64,000 nt of DNA, taken from Candidatus Marinacidobacterales bacterium (GTDB lineage Bacteria > Acidobacteriota > Vicinamibacteria > Marinacidobacterales > SMYC01). The translations under genes were made by a program, and so were the position numbers. The notes under the pieces were generated by a model. That model had not been told where the DNA came from, did not search any database, and saw only the letters and a program-made list of their open reading frames with translations. This document shows positions 9,503 through 19,706 of this stretch, piece by piece; the stretch's first letter is position 1; every line of letters starts with the position of its first letter. The stretch lies in assembly GCA_965224085.1 (NCBI GenBank), contig CBDCYI010000009.1, forward strand, positions 352,001 to 416,000, given 5' to 3'.

Positions 9503-11527
9503 ATGAACATCCGAATTCTTGCCACCTTGTCACTTTTCGCCATCGGGAGCGGCGCGTTTGCCGCCTCCGAGTCCAACCGTCTTACCGTCGATCGCTATCT
9601 GGATTGGGAAGACGTCGCGCGTCCCACGCTTTCACCCGATGGCCGCCAAGTTCTCTACGAACGGCGGTGGGTGGACGCCGTCAACGACCGCTGGGAATCC
9701 GCGCTTTGGATCATGGAGGCCGACGGATCCCGGAACCGCTTCCTCGTCAAAGGCTCGTCCGCACGCTGGTCGCCTGATGGGACGCGCATTGCTTTTCTTG
9801 CTGAAGGCGAGCCCGAAGGCACGCAGCTTTTCGTCCGCTGGATGGACGCCGAAGGCGCGGTGAGCCAGGTGACGCGGGTGCGCGAGACACCGTCCAACAT
9901 TTCGTGGTCGCCCGACGGGGGCTCCCTCGCGTTCCAGATGGTCGTACCGCCCGAGAAGGACGGGCGCTGGAGCATCGACATGCCGAAGCCGCCCGAAGGC
10001 GCCGAGTGGACGCGTCCTCCCAAGATTGTCGAGCGGCTCGATTACCGCCGCGACCGCATCGGCTACTTCCCTGCCGGGTTCCGGCACCTCTTTGTTGTCG
10101 ACGCCGATGGCGGCACGCCGCACGCCGTCACGGACGGCGACTGGCATCACGACGACTACCGCTTTATGCCCGATGGACGCTCGCTCGTCTTCCGCTCACT
10201 GCGTGTCGACGATGCCGAGCATCAGTGGCGCGAGTCCGAGATCTACAAGGCTGACATCGCTACGGGAGTAATCCAGCAACTTACACGACGCGCTGGGCCC
10301 GATCGCGGTCCGGTCCCCTCACCGGATGGCAGTCACATCGCGTATCTCGGGCACGACATGTCGGACGACACTTACACCGAGGAAGGCCTCTATGTCATGG
10401 CATCGGATGGGTCCGAGCCTTACGTCGTCGCGTCCGAGATGGGTCGGCGCCCGGGCAATCTCGAATGGGCGAAAGACGGAAGCGGTATTTATTTCACTGC
10501 CCAGGTCCAAGGGACGTCGAACTTGTATATCGCGCCTCTCGATGGAACACCGCGCCAAATCACGAGCGGCAACCACATGGTGACCGTGACCGATATCGAG
10601 GCCGGCCGCGCCGTAGGAACGCTGAGCAGCTACGCCGTCCCCAAGAACCTCATCACTTTCGAGCTCGAGAGCCCCGCGGAGTTGGCGACGCTTCACGTGA
10701 CGAATCGCGGCGTTCTCGCGGAAGTGGAGCTCGGAGAAGTCGAAGAGCTCTGGTACGACTCGGTCGACGACCTTCGGATCCATGGATGGATCGTCAAACC
10801 ACCCGATTTCGATCCGAACAAGAAGTACCCGCTCATCCTTCGCATCCATGGGGGCCCGCACTCGATGTATCACGCGGGCTTCGATTTCAAGAATCAGAAC
10901 CACGCGGCCAACGGTTATGTCGTGCTCTATACCAATCCCCGTGGAAGCTCCGGTTATGGCAGCCCTTTCGGCAACGCCATCGAGAACGCCTACCCCGACA
11001 AAGACTATGACGATCTGATGGCCGGCGTCGACGAGATCGTCAGCCGCGGCTACATCGACGAGCGCAACTTGTTCGTTTATGGCGGAAGCGGCGGCGGTGT
11101 CCTCACTTCTTGGATCGTCGGTCACACGAGCCGGTTTACCGCGGCGGTCGCCAAAGCGCCCGTGACCAACTGGCTCAGCTTTGTCGGCACGACGGACGGC
11201 TCTTCGTGGTACCGCAACTTCGACGCGATGCCCTGGGACGATCCGAGCGAGCACTTGAGACGCTCCCCGTTGATGTATGTCGGCAACGTCACCACGCCGA
11301 CCCTTCTCATCACGGGCGAGAAAGATCTGCGAACGCCCATGGAGCAGACAGAGCAGTATTACCGCGCGCTCAAGATGCGTAAGATACCCACGGCCATGAT
11401 CCGGCTCACCGACGGGTGGCACAGCCGAAGCCTCCCGCCCACCAACTTCATGAGGGTCCAGCTCTACCTGAGGAACTGGTTCGAACGCTTCATGGTGACG
11501 GAGGCCACTTCCACAGAGCAACCGTAA
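9503..11527 (+). CDS. S9 family peptidase (acylaminoacyl/dipeptidyl peptidase-like), secreted
   Basis: Propeller repeats, IHGGPH, NPRGSSGYG, GGSGGG nucleophile, GEKDLR, catalytic His in GWH. Confidence 0.93.
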   Translation: MNIRILATLSLFAIGSGAFAASESNRLTVDRYLDWEDVARPTLSPDGRQVLYERRWVDAVNDRWESALWIMEADGSRNRFLVKGSSARWSPDGTRIAFLAEGEPEGTQLFVRWMDAEGAVSQVTRVRETPSNISWSPDGGSLAFQMVVPPEKDGRWSIDMPKPPEGAEWTRPPKIVERLDYRRDRIGYFPAGFRHLFVVDADGGTPHAVTDGDWHHDDYRFMPDGRSLVFRSLRVDDAEHQWRESEIYKADIATGVIQQLTRRAGPDRGPVPSPDGSHIAYLGHDMSDDTYTEEGLYVMASDGSEPYVVASEMGRRPGNLEWAKDGSGIYFTAQVQGTSNLYIAPLDGTPRQITSGNHMVTVTDIEAGRAVGTLSSYAVPKNLITFELESPAELATLHVTNRGVLAEVELGEVEELWYDSVDDLRIHGWIVKPPDFDPNKKYPLILRIHGGPHSMYHAGFDFKNQNHAANGYVVLYTNPRGSSGYGSPFGNAIENAYPDKDYDDLMAGVDEIVSRGYIDERNLFVYGGSGGGVLTSWIVGHTSRFTAAVAKAPVTNWLSFVGTTDGSSWYRNFDAMPWDDPSEHLRRSPLMYVGNVTTPTLLITGEKDLRTPMEQTEQYYRALKMRKIPTAMIRLTDGWHSRSLPPTNFMRVQLYLRNWFERFMVTEATSTEQP

Positions 11528-11679
11528 GCTTCAAGAGGACGCTTCTGAACACGGGTAAGCTGCTCGGCGCGTTCTTGCTTGCTGCCGCCGGCGCGCACGC
11601 GGGTAAAGGTGCGGACGATGAAGCTCTCAAGAAGCTTCCTCGAGCCGAGAGGGTAGCAATCCTCAACGCACAGAGCTGG

Positions 11680-11950
11680 GTCTTCGACATGTTGCAAAAC
11701 GGTGAGGAGAGCTCTTCGCGGAATATGAACTGGGACACCGTTTGGTACTCCCGGGGAAACCAGACCCAGACGGGTTGGGAAGCCGAGATCGTCGTCCCCT
11801 TCAAATCTCTACGGTTCGACGCGCCCGAAGACGGCCGCGAGATCCTGTTCGGCATCGGCTTCAAGCGCAACCTTCCACGGAAGAACGAGGAGACCTATTG
11901 GCCCTTCGTCGGGAATGACTCGACATGGTATCGCCCCGCGGAGATGGGGA
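11680..11950 (+). pseudogene. Internal fragment of a DUF5916/CBM9-like protein
   Basis: NWDTVW...GWEAEIVVPFKSLRF...GIGFKRNLPRKNEETYW; no proper start or end. Confidence 0.6.
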
Positions 11951-12083
11951 CTCCATGGTCTGAAGAACATCCGTCCAGGACGCGCGCTGAGCGTGAAGCT
12001 CAACTATCTCTTCGCGTTTTGAACTGGGTAGCTCTTCAGCAAGTCCACCATGTTTTGGTAGCTGCCGGGTCGGTCTTCGTTCA

Positions 12084-12420
12084 TTACTCCGCAGTAACGA
12101 TGGCGCTTATCCCCGAATCCCCGACGGCACTCGGGTCCGCGCCGAGCTCGAGCAGCATCGCGGCACTTTCCGCGTTTCCGGAATTCACCACGTCACGAAG
12201 TCTTTCGTTCAAGTTCGATGCCGCCAGCGGGGGCACGCGCCGCGCTTGTCGAGAAGGGCGAGGCTTTCTTTCGCGCCCCATGAAAGCGCCGTTTCGAACG
12301 GAGCGAAGTCACCGTCAGGTCCCTCCGCAAGTGGGCTGACGAACGCGCAGAGCGCAGCCCGTTCGTCCGCGCCAACGTCGATGAAACGCGCACCGACACG
12401 AACCCACGCCTCGGAGGAAA
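12084..12420 (-). pseudogene. Degraded remnant with PilZ-like and ankyrin-like segments
   Basis: VGARFIDVGADERAALCAFV (PilZ tail-like) and GNAESAAMLLELGADPSA (ankyrin-like) in different frames. Confidence 0.35.
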
Positions 12421-12576
12421 GACGGAGATCCACACGCTTTACGGCAGTTCTCAAATCCGCTCTTTCGTCAAGTGGACTTTTGGCCAAACGAGAAACGGAC
12501 CGGCCGTCAAGCCAGCTCGAGGCCTTCACATCTGTGTTTGACGCTTGTCGATGTGACCACTAGGTTAACTTGAGGC

Positions 12577-12969
12577 ATGGGACGTGAGTTGCGGAACTTG
12601 AGCGGTCAACCCGACCGCGACCTCGCGCCTCTAGTGGCCGACATTACAAAGCACGAAACACTCGAAGACGTTTTTCGATGGGTGCGAAGCCTCGGTATCC
12701 ATGACGGCACTGAGAATCTCATCAAGCAGGATGAGTTCACCCACGATGCGATTTTTCCCTATCGTGACAGGCTTTACGTCGTGTATGGCGTGACGTGACT
12801 CGGAGCCGTAACGGCCGTCTCCGTGTGGGACCATCGGCCGTCAGCAGAAGAAATCTTAGCGGATCGATTGACGCAAGGTTGGGAGCCCAGCGCATCGCTT
12901 CTCGTCGATGGCGAGCGCGTGCTCGGATACGCTAGCTGCCTGGTGGATACGGATCACTCCCCGAAATAG
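12577..12969 (+). CDS. Putative selenoprotein of unknown function (130 aa, Sec at residue 74)
   Basis: GAGG RBS and ATG; in-frame TGA at 12796-12798, then 56 open codons (LGAVTAVSVWDHRPSAEEILADRLTQGW...GYASC) to TAG; SECIS-like hairpin directly 3' of the TGA. Confidence 0.7.
12811..12841 (+). promoter_or_regulatory. Putative bacterial SECIS hairpin
   Basis: Lower stem ACGGCCG/CGGCCGT, upper stem TCTC/GGGA, apical loop CGTGT starting 24 nt after the UGA. Confidence 0.62.
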
Positions 12970-12994
12970 TGACTAGAAAGCGGGTACGCCGAGC

Positions 12995-13828
12995 TCACTC
13001 CCGCGGAAGCAAGCTCACTTGGAGGCCCGCGCCACCCGGAGTGAAAATCGGAGAGAGGGCAAACCGGGTGTCGCCATAGCCAAGGGTTACCGTGCGGCCC
13101 GCTAGAAAGCCGACGGCGGCGCCGAAGACGACATCACTCAGGAAGTGCTGGTTCTCACTCAAACGAGACGCCGCCACGTAGCCCGCCACGCCATAAGCGG
13201 GCAAGCCGACCTTCCATCCGTAGCGCCTCTGCAGCACCGTCGCGGTGGCAAAGGCGCCAGAGGAATGTCCGGATGGGAAGGACCGCGTGTTGCTCTCGTC
13301 CGGACGCGTCCGCCCAACGCTGTATTTGAGTATTTGCGTCATGGCCTGGCTCAAGATCTGGGCCCGAACCAGATCGCGGCCGAGAGCTTCGATCTCCGGA
13401 TCGGAGACGATTTTGCCGATGCCAAACGTCACGAAGGCGCCGCCCACTTGAACGAGGCTCGATCCCAGTACTTCACCGGCCTCGAAGGCAGTATCCGTTC
13501 CCGATCCATCGAGACCCTCTGTGTTCAATCCACTCGTCTGTACGGCTTGGTCGAAGGGCTTGGCCACGGCGGCGGCACCGAGCCCTGCACCTAGAATCAG
13601 CAGGGTCTCTTTGGACGTGAAGACGGTACGAAAGTCCAAAGCGATTTGGCGGTAGAGTCGCGGCGCGGGAGGGGCGCTTTCCGCAACCCATGAGGGGTCC
13701 AGCTTGTCGTCCCAAAAGCCAGGGCCGGGCGCGAAGAACTTGTCTTTCGCTTTGGATTCCGCGAGCAGGATCGGCCCGGTGCCGAGGATCGATACGAGCG
13801 CAAGGAGAGTGATTCTCGTGTTACTCAT
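12995..13828 (-). CDS. PAP2 family phosphatase
   Basis: K.SVGRTRP, SFPSGH and SRLSENQHFLSDV motifs. Confidence 0.9.
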   Translation of the reverse strand: MSNTRITLLALVSILGTGPILLAESKAKDKFFAPGPGFWDDKLDPSWVAESAPPAPRLYRQIALDFRTVFTSKETLLILGAGLGAAAVAKPFDQAVQTSGLNTEGLDGSGTDTAFEAGEVLGSSLVQVGGAFVTFGIGKIVSDPEIEALGRDLVRAQILSQAMTQILKYSVGRTRPDESNTRSFPSGHSSGAFATATVLQRRYGWKVGLPAYGVAGYVAASRLSENQHFLSDVVFGAAVGFLAGRTVTLGYGDTRFALSPIFTPGGAGLQVSLLPRE

Positions 13829-14213
13829 GACTGCACCTCTCGGCGGCGCCTGGAGCCATTATAGAGCAAGATGAACCCCTTGTGCCGCGAGGGATTCCGG
13901 AAAAGCTTACGGCTTCGCGCCCGGCAAGCTTGCGATGAAAGCGTTTATAACGGGCGTCATCGGATAGAACTCATAAGCGCCACCGTGTCCGCGCTCCGAG
14001 TCGATGACGTGTAGCTGGGCGGGCTTTCCCAACGTCTGCAGGATGTCGACGATCTCCGCCGCGAAATTCGGCCGCACGGAGCCGTCGGTGCGGGACGGCA
14101 TCATCAGAACGCGGGTCTCGACCGTTTGAAGTCCGATGGCGAGACTCTTCCGCCACCCGTCCGCGTCGCCTCGTCCCCATCCTAGATTTTGCGTCGTCAG
14201 CGCGCGCGATTAG

Positions 14214-14754
14214 TGTCTCTTCCGGGGATGGTCGAAACCCCTCGCCTTTAGGCGAAGAGAAGATCGTGGTATTGTGGTCGCGTGCGTCACTACAGGCACG
14301 GAGCGCACACGAAAACGGACCTAAAAGCGCACATCGTTTGGATACCGAAATATCGTAAAAAGGTTTTGATCGGTCCAGTAGCGGTTCGTGTGCGCGATCT
14401 GATTCGTCAGATCGCGATGGAACATGAGCTGCACATAATCTCGGGTAAGGTTGCACGCGACCACGTCCACGTGTTCGTATCCTACCGACCACACCAGGAC
14501 CTTGAGTACGATCGTGCAGTGGCTAAAAGGAATAAGCTCCCGAGTACTCCTTCAGGAGTTTGCTCACCTGAGGAAGAAGTTTTGGGGCCGGCACTTCTGG
14601 GCCCGAGGATATCTGGCGGTGAGTTCAGGAAGCATAACGGACGAGATGGTAAAGGAGCACATAGACTCCCAGGATGGCGAGCCTCTTCACGACGACAGTC
14701 AATTTCCAATTGACAGCCCTTGAAGCCACCGCCTTCTAGGCGGTGGTTGTTCAC
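14214..14754 (+). mobile_element. IS200/IS605 family element, tnpA only
   Basis: Left hairpin TCGCCTTTAGGCGA preceded by AAAC, with target TTAG at 14210-14213; right hairpin CCACCGCCTTCTAGGCGGTGG preceded by GAAG, ending TCAC. Confidence 0.88.
14282..14723 (+). pseudogene. tnpA: Y1 HUH transposase, frameshifted
   Basis: HIVWIPKYR, DHVH, LKG.SSR, FWARGY; +1 frameshift near 14500; YIxxQ reads HIDSQ. Confidence 0.88.
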
Positions 14755-15251
14755 TTAATACAGGTAGCAGTTCGCGTCGATCCCGACCTCGGACCGCGCG
14801 ATCGCGCGTTCGAGAAGCTCTTTCTCCATATCGAAGACATTGAAAACATTGAAAACATTGTTGTAAGGCGAGCTCTCAGGATCGACCTCGAGAAGACTCC
14901 TCTCGTACCAATACGCGGAAGCGTTGTAGCTCGACGTCGCGGTGAGGGACGCGATCGCCATGCGTCGAGCGTTCCGTATGTCTGATAGACCACGGTGACC
15001 GACGCGATCGTGTGTCCGTTGAGAAGCTCGACGTCGCTCAGCGTGCGCGTCTGGGGCTCGATGATCTTTTCGTAGGAGATCGCATGTGACGTGAGCAGTA
15101 GAAAAAACAGAAGGCGAGTTGGGCGCATGAGCTCGTGTCCCTCTTGGTTGCAGCGGTCTCCGAGATGCCGCCAATATAATGCACCCCCGACGTCAGTTCG
15201 AGACCACGCCTCGATCCTGGCAGCGAGCCGTTATAGTATGCGCCGAAGCCA

Positions 15252-16556
15252 ATGAGACGCTTCGCCGCTTTACTCGCTGTCAGCCTGCTTTCGGGTCTCG
15301 CATCAGCGCAAGATTCGTACTGGCCTCAGTGGCGGGGGCCAGAGCGCAACGGCGTATCGCAGGCTTCCGGACTACCGCTCGAATGGAGCGAGCGCATTCT
15401 TTGGAAAACACGCGTCGAGGGTCGAGGGCACTCTTCCCCGATCGCGTGGGGCAACCAGATGTTCGTAACGACCGACATCGAAGGCGATGTGATTCCAGGA
15501 AAAAAGGCGCCGCACCATATACGAGCCCGGGAGACCTACTTGCATCCCGCGGCTCAGAGCGCCGATCGCCGGCACACGTTGAAGGTCCTGAGCCTCGACG
15601 CCCGCACCGGGGAGATTCTGTGGACGCGCACCGCGCATGATGGACCGGTTTTCGACAACCGTCATCGGCGAAACACCTATGCGACGCCGACCGCGGTAAC
15701 GGACGGCCATCTCGTCTACCTATATTTCGGCTCGCAGGGTCTGTTCGCCTACGATTTCGACGGCTATCTCGCATGGAAGGTCGACCTCGGGAACATCAGT
15801 ACTTGGGGCCACGGTCACGGAACGTCTCCGCTGCTCTACGGCGACTCTCTCATTCTCCAAGTCGATCAGAACGAAGGCGACGGCTCATTTCTCCTCGCCC
15901 TCGACAAGAAAACGGGGCGGCAGGTCTTCAGAACGGCTCGCGAGGAGCGCATCAACTACAGCAGTCCCATCCTCGTCGAAGCCTACGGGCGTCACGAGCT
16001 CATTACGACGAGCTACAACTTCGTCGTCGCCTACGACCCCACGAACGGAAAAGAGCGCTGGAGGCACAAAGGCTTCATCGGAAACGCTGTCCCGACGCCC
16101 GTCGCGAACGACAGCACGGTGTTCGTCACATCGGGCTACCCCGACAAATTGACGCGAGCGATTCGCATCCCCAAGAAGGGCGGCTCGCCCAAAGTGCTCT
16201 GGGAGTACAAGAAAGGCACCGGCTACACGCCGTCATCTCTGCTTTATGGTGGCTACCTCTATTTGGTGTCTGATAAAGGCATCCTGACCTGCTTCGACCC
16301 GGAGACGGGGCGCGTCGTCTATGAAGGCGGCCGGATTCCCGTGGCCACCTTTGTTCGGGCCTCACCGGTGGCGTGGGAGGACAAGATCCTGCTCGGCGGC
16401 GAAGACGGAGACTTCTTCGTGATTCGTGCCGGCGCGACACACGAAGTGCTGTCCTCGAATTCCATCCGCGAATCAGTGACCGCGTCTCCAGCCATTGCCG
16501 GAGGCAAGATCTTCTTGCGGGGCGAAAGCCACCTTTACGCCATCGGCACCCAATAA
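15252..16556 (+). CDS. PQQ-binding-like beta-propeller repeat protein
   Basis: WPQWRGP start, GHSSPI, ATPTAVTDG, GTSPLL, TASPAIAGGKIFLRG. Confidence 0.9.
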   Translation: MRRFAALLAVSLLSGLASAQDSYWPQWRGPERNGVSQASGLPLEWSERILWKTRVEGRGHSSPIAWGNQMFVTTDIEGDVIPGKKAPHHIRARETYLHPAAQSADRRHTLKVLSLDARTGEILWTRTAHDGPVFDNRHRRNTYATPTAVTDGHLVYLYFGSQGLFAYDFDGYLAWKVDLGNISTWGHGHGTSPLLYGDSLILQVDQNEGDGSFLLALDKKTGRQVFRTAREERINYSSPILVEAYGRHELITTSYNFVVAYDPTNGKERWRHKGFIGNAVPTPVANDSTVFVTSGYPDKLTRAIRIPKKGGSPKVLWEYKKGTGYTPSSLLYGGYLYLVSDKGILTCFDPETGRVVYEGGRIPVATFVRASPVAWEDKILLGGEDGDFFVIRAGATHEVLSSNSIRESVTASPAIAGGKIFLRGESHLYAIGTQ

Positions 16557-16581
16557 GGTCGATTCCATCGGGAGGAAAAAG

Positions 16582-18627
16582 ATGAGTCGTTCACGTGTTG
16601 TCATCCGTCTAACCCTTGCTTGCCTGAGCGCGGCCGCGGCGGCCGCCGAACGGCCCATGACGCCAATCGATCTATTGGAAGTTCCGCGTCTCAGTGAACC
16701 TCAGCTCTCACCCGACGGGCGCGCGCTCGTCTACGTTCTCGCCGAAGCGGATTGGAAGGCGAACAAGCGCATCGCACACCTTTGGCGCGGCTCCACCGAG
16801 ACCGGCGAAGCGATCCAACTCACCCGAGGAACGTCGGGCGAATCGACGCCCCGCTGGTCGCCCGATGGTGCAGATATCGCGTTTGTCACGGAGCGTGCGG
16901 ACGACGCGTCGGAGCAGATTTACCTTCTTCCCGCGAGTGGCGGAGAAGCGCGACGGCTGTCCCATCACCCAACCTCAGTATCGAATATCGCTTGGTCGCC
17001 GGATAGCGAGACGATTTACTTTCTCGCCGAGGACGCGAAGACGGACGAGGAGAAACGTCGCGACGAGCTTCGGGACGACGTCTTCGCGTTCGACGAAGAC
17101 TGGAAGCCGCGCCACCTGTGGTCGATAAAGGTGAAAGATGGCAGCGAGCGCCGTATAACCACGGGCGATTTCCACGTTCGCAGCTATCGGCTGTCGCGTG
17201 ACGGAACGCGGCTCGCCCTTCACCGTGCGCCGACGCCGCTTCTCGATGACTCTCTCACTGCCGAAGTATGGGTTCTCGCAAGCGACGGAACGGGCGCCAC
17301 GCGCGTGACGGACAACCAGGTGCCGGAACGCGGCGCCGAGCTCTCGCCGGACAACACGCGAGTGCTTTTCATCTCCGATTCGAACGCACGTTTCGAGTTC
17401 TACTACAACCGCAATCTCTTTATCGCCCCGGCTTCCGGGGGCCCTGCCAAGCTGCTCCTCCAAGACATGCCCCACGAGGTCCAGAGCGCGAGTTGGTCTA
17501 CGGACGGGCAGTCCATCTATTTTACGGCGAATACAGGTGTTCGCGCCGAGCTCTTTCGCGTGGACGTGGCGAGCGAGGAGCTCCATCAACTCACACAAGG
17601 CGATCACACGTTGACGAGCTGGACCTATTTCCCGAAGCAGAAGCGACACGTTTATCGCATTGACGAGCCCACCAATGCGGGCGATGTGTGGGTTGCGGGC
17701 GAGGGTGCGGAAATCCCGAAACGGGTGACCCATGCCTACGACTATCTCGCCGAGTTCGAGCTTCCTCGCCAGGAAGCCATCCGCTGGAAAGGCAACGACG
17801 GTGTCGAGGTCGAGGGACTTCTTTACTACCCGCTCGGCTACGAGGAAGGCCGCCGCTATCCCCTCATCGTTCAGACCCACGGCGGTCCTCGCTCGTCGGA
17901 CAAGTTCTCGTTCGGCTCTTGGAGTCGATACGTTCAAGTGCAAACAGCGCTGGGCTACGCGGTGTTCAAGCCGAACTATCGCGGCAGCACGGGATATGGC
18001 GACGCGTTCCTACGCGACATGGTGGGCCATTATTTTCATAACGCGCATCTCGACGTCATGACAGGCGTCGACCACCTCATCGAGCGTGGGATCGCCGATT
18101 CCGACCACATGGTCAAAATGGGCTGGAGCGGCGGTGGTCACATGACCAACAAGATCATCACCCACACCACGCGTTTCAAAGCAGCGTCTTCAGGGGCCGG
18201 CGCCGTGAACTGGACCTCGATGTACGCCCAGAGCGACACCCGGGTGCAACGCACGCCGTGGTTCGGAGGCACACCTTGGCAAGAAGACGCCCCCGTCGAT
18301 CTCTACTGGGGACACTCCCCTCTCAAAGACATCTATAAGGCGACGACCCCGACACTCGTGCTCGTCGGAGCCAACGACGAGCGGGTCCCCCCGCCGCAAT
18401 CGGTGGAGCTCTACCGGGCGCTCAAATCGAACGGCGTTCCGACACATCTTTATATGGCGCCTCGCGAGCCTCACGGTTGGCAGGAGCTGCGGCACGAGCT
18501 GTTCAAGATCAATGTCGAGCTCGACTGGTTCGAAAAGCATGCACGCGGGCGATCTTACGAATGGGCCGTCGCTCCGGTGGACGGGGACGACAACGAACGA
18601 GACCGGCCGACCGAAAACGAGCCCTGA
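16582..18627 (+). CDS. S9 family peptidase, secreted
   Basis: HGGP, PNYRGSTGYG, GWSGGG, GANDERVP, EPHG; GGAGG RBS before ATG 16582. Confidence 0.93.
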   Translation: MSRSRVVIRLTLACLSAAAAAAERPMTPIDLLEVPRLSEPQLSPDGRALVYVLAEADWKANKRIAHLWRGSTETGEAIQLTRGTSGESTPRWSPDGADIAFVTERADDASEQIYLLPASGGEARRLSHHPTSVSNIAWSPDSETIYFLAEDAKTDEEKRRDELRDDVFAFDEDWKPRHLWSIKVKDGSERRITTGDFHVRSYRLSRDGTRLALHRAPTPLLDDSLTAEVWVLASDGTGATRVTDNQVPERGAELSPDNTRVLFISDSNARFEFYYNRNLFIAPASGGPAKLLLQDMPHEVQSASWSTDGQSIYFTANTGVRAELFRVDVASEELHQLTQGDHTLTSWTYFPKQKRHVYRIDEPTNAGDVWVAGEGAEIPKRVTHAYDYLAEFELPRQEAIRWKGNDGVEVEGLLYYPLGYEEGRRYPLIVQTHGGPRSSDKFSFGSWSRYVQVQTALGYAVFKPNYRGSTGYGDAFLRDMVGHYFHNAHLDVMTGVDHLIERGIADSDHMVKMGWSGGGHMTNKIITHTTRFKAASSGAGAVNWTSMYAQSDTRVQRTPWFGGTPWQEDAPVDLYWGHSPLKDIYKATTPTLVLVGANDERVPPPQSVELYRALKSNGVPTHLYMAPREPHGWQELRHELFKINVELDWFEKHARGRSYEWAVAPVDGDDNERDRPTENEP

Positions 18628-18633
18628 CCTACG

Positions 18634-19465
18634 ATGGGATACACGCGCAGGCAGTGGCTCGCGGCGTTCGCCGCGATAGGAGCACCTCTTGCGTGCCGTG
18701 AACCCGCGCGCGTCGATAACCGGTCCGCGGAGCTGACGCTTAGAGGTTTCGAGCCGCACAGCATGCTCCGGGTCCCGCGGACCAAAGTTGCCGCTGCGCG
18801 TTTTCCCGCCATCGACGTTCACACGCACTTGACGTGGTCCGCCGTCCCCCTCGGCCCCGAACCCTTTGGCGAGCGCGTCGACTTTCTCGACTCTCCGGAA
18901 AACCTTCTCGCGGTGATGGATCGCAAGAACGTCGCGACGATGGTCAACCTCACGGGAGGCGTCGGCGACGGTCTCGCATCCGTCCTCGAGCGCTACGACA
19001 ACGCGCACCCGGGACGGTTCATTTCTTTCACAGAGCCCTCGTGGAACGCGATCGAGCGCGAGGATTTCCCGACGTTTCAGGCCGAGCAAATCGAAAAAGC
19101 GTACGCGCTCGGAGCCAAAGGGCTCAAGCTCACCAAAACCCTCGGGCTCTACTTGCGGGAGAACGTCACCGCCGGCGCTCTCTTACCCATTGGCGACGCG
19201 CGTTTCGATCCCATGTGGGAGACCGCCGGCGGGCTCGGCATGCCGGTGGCCATCCACGTCTCCGATCCCGACGCCTTTTTTACCCCCACCGATCGCGTGA
19301 ACGAGCGCTATGAAGAGCTTTCCAATCACCCCGATTGGGCGTTTTATGGGAAGGACTTCCCTTCCAAAGAGGCGCTTCTCGAAGCGCGTAATCGTGTCTT
19401 CGAAAAACACCCGTCGACCCCATTCATATCCCTGCACGTCGGGAACCACGCCGAAGACCTCGACG
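18634..19465 (+). pseudogene. Amidohydrolase family protein, 3' truncated
   Basis: Tat-like signal, IDVHTH, GAKGLK, PVAIHVSDP; similarity stops after HVGNHAEDL. Confidence 0.78.
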
Positions 19466-19466
19466 A

Positions 19467-19664
19467 CTCTTCTTCAACAAGATCGTGATGGTACGGAACA
19501 AGTTACGCGTCCTCGAGCAGAACGTCAACAGCTCGGAGCTTCCCGCGGATGTCAAAATCAAGCTCCAAGGCTATATCACCGGATGCTACGGCTCGCTCAC
19601 GAGCTTCAACGTGCTCTTCGCCGACAGTGCCGACCAGTTCAAGGGGGCCGGTAAAGCGGACTAA
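19467..19664 (+). pseudogene. C-terminal fragment of an unrelated conserved hypothetical protein
   Basis: Manual translation LFFNKIVMVRNKLRVLEQNVN...KLQGYITGCYGSLTSFNVLF to TAA, abutting the truncated amidohydrolase. Confidence 0.55.
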
Positions 19665-19706
19665 ACGCGCAACGCGGCTGCGGGGCCGAGCGTCGCCCTA
19701 ACAGGG

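Larger units (their letters stand above)
13907..15128 (-). pseudogene. Homoserine O-acetyltransferase-like alpha/beta hydrolase, internally deleted and IS-interrupted
   Basis: L.NG.TI...TVVYQTYGTL N-terminus, DANCYLY middle, IDSERGH C-terminus; IS200 lies between the last two. Confidence 0.65.

Noticed and set aside
7663-11521. Long antisense ORFs (347 aa, 400 aa) and similar shadows elsewhere
   Set aside because: They mirror well-supported genes on the opposite strand, as expected in high-GC DNA.
11416-12339. 307-aa ORF as a real gene
   Set aside because: It overlaps the S9 gene and only about 90 aa look like a protein family; the rest is read-through across unrelated scraps.
14490-14510. 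Programmed frameshift in tnpA
   Set aside because: No slippery heptamer; Y1 transposases are not known to need one, and the catalytic Tyr is also lost.
14837-14860. 9-bp tandem repeat ACATTGAAA
   Set aside because: Under three copies inside a pseudogene; simple slippage.
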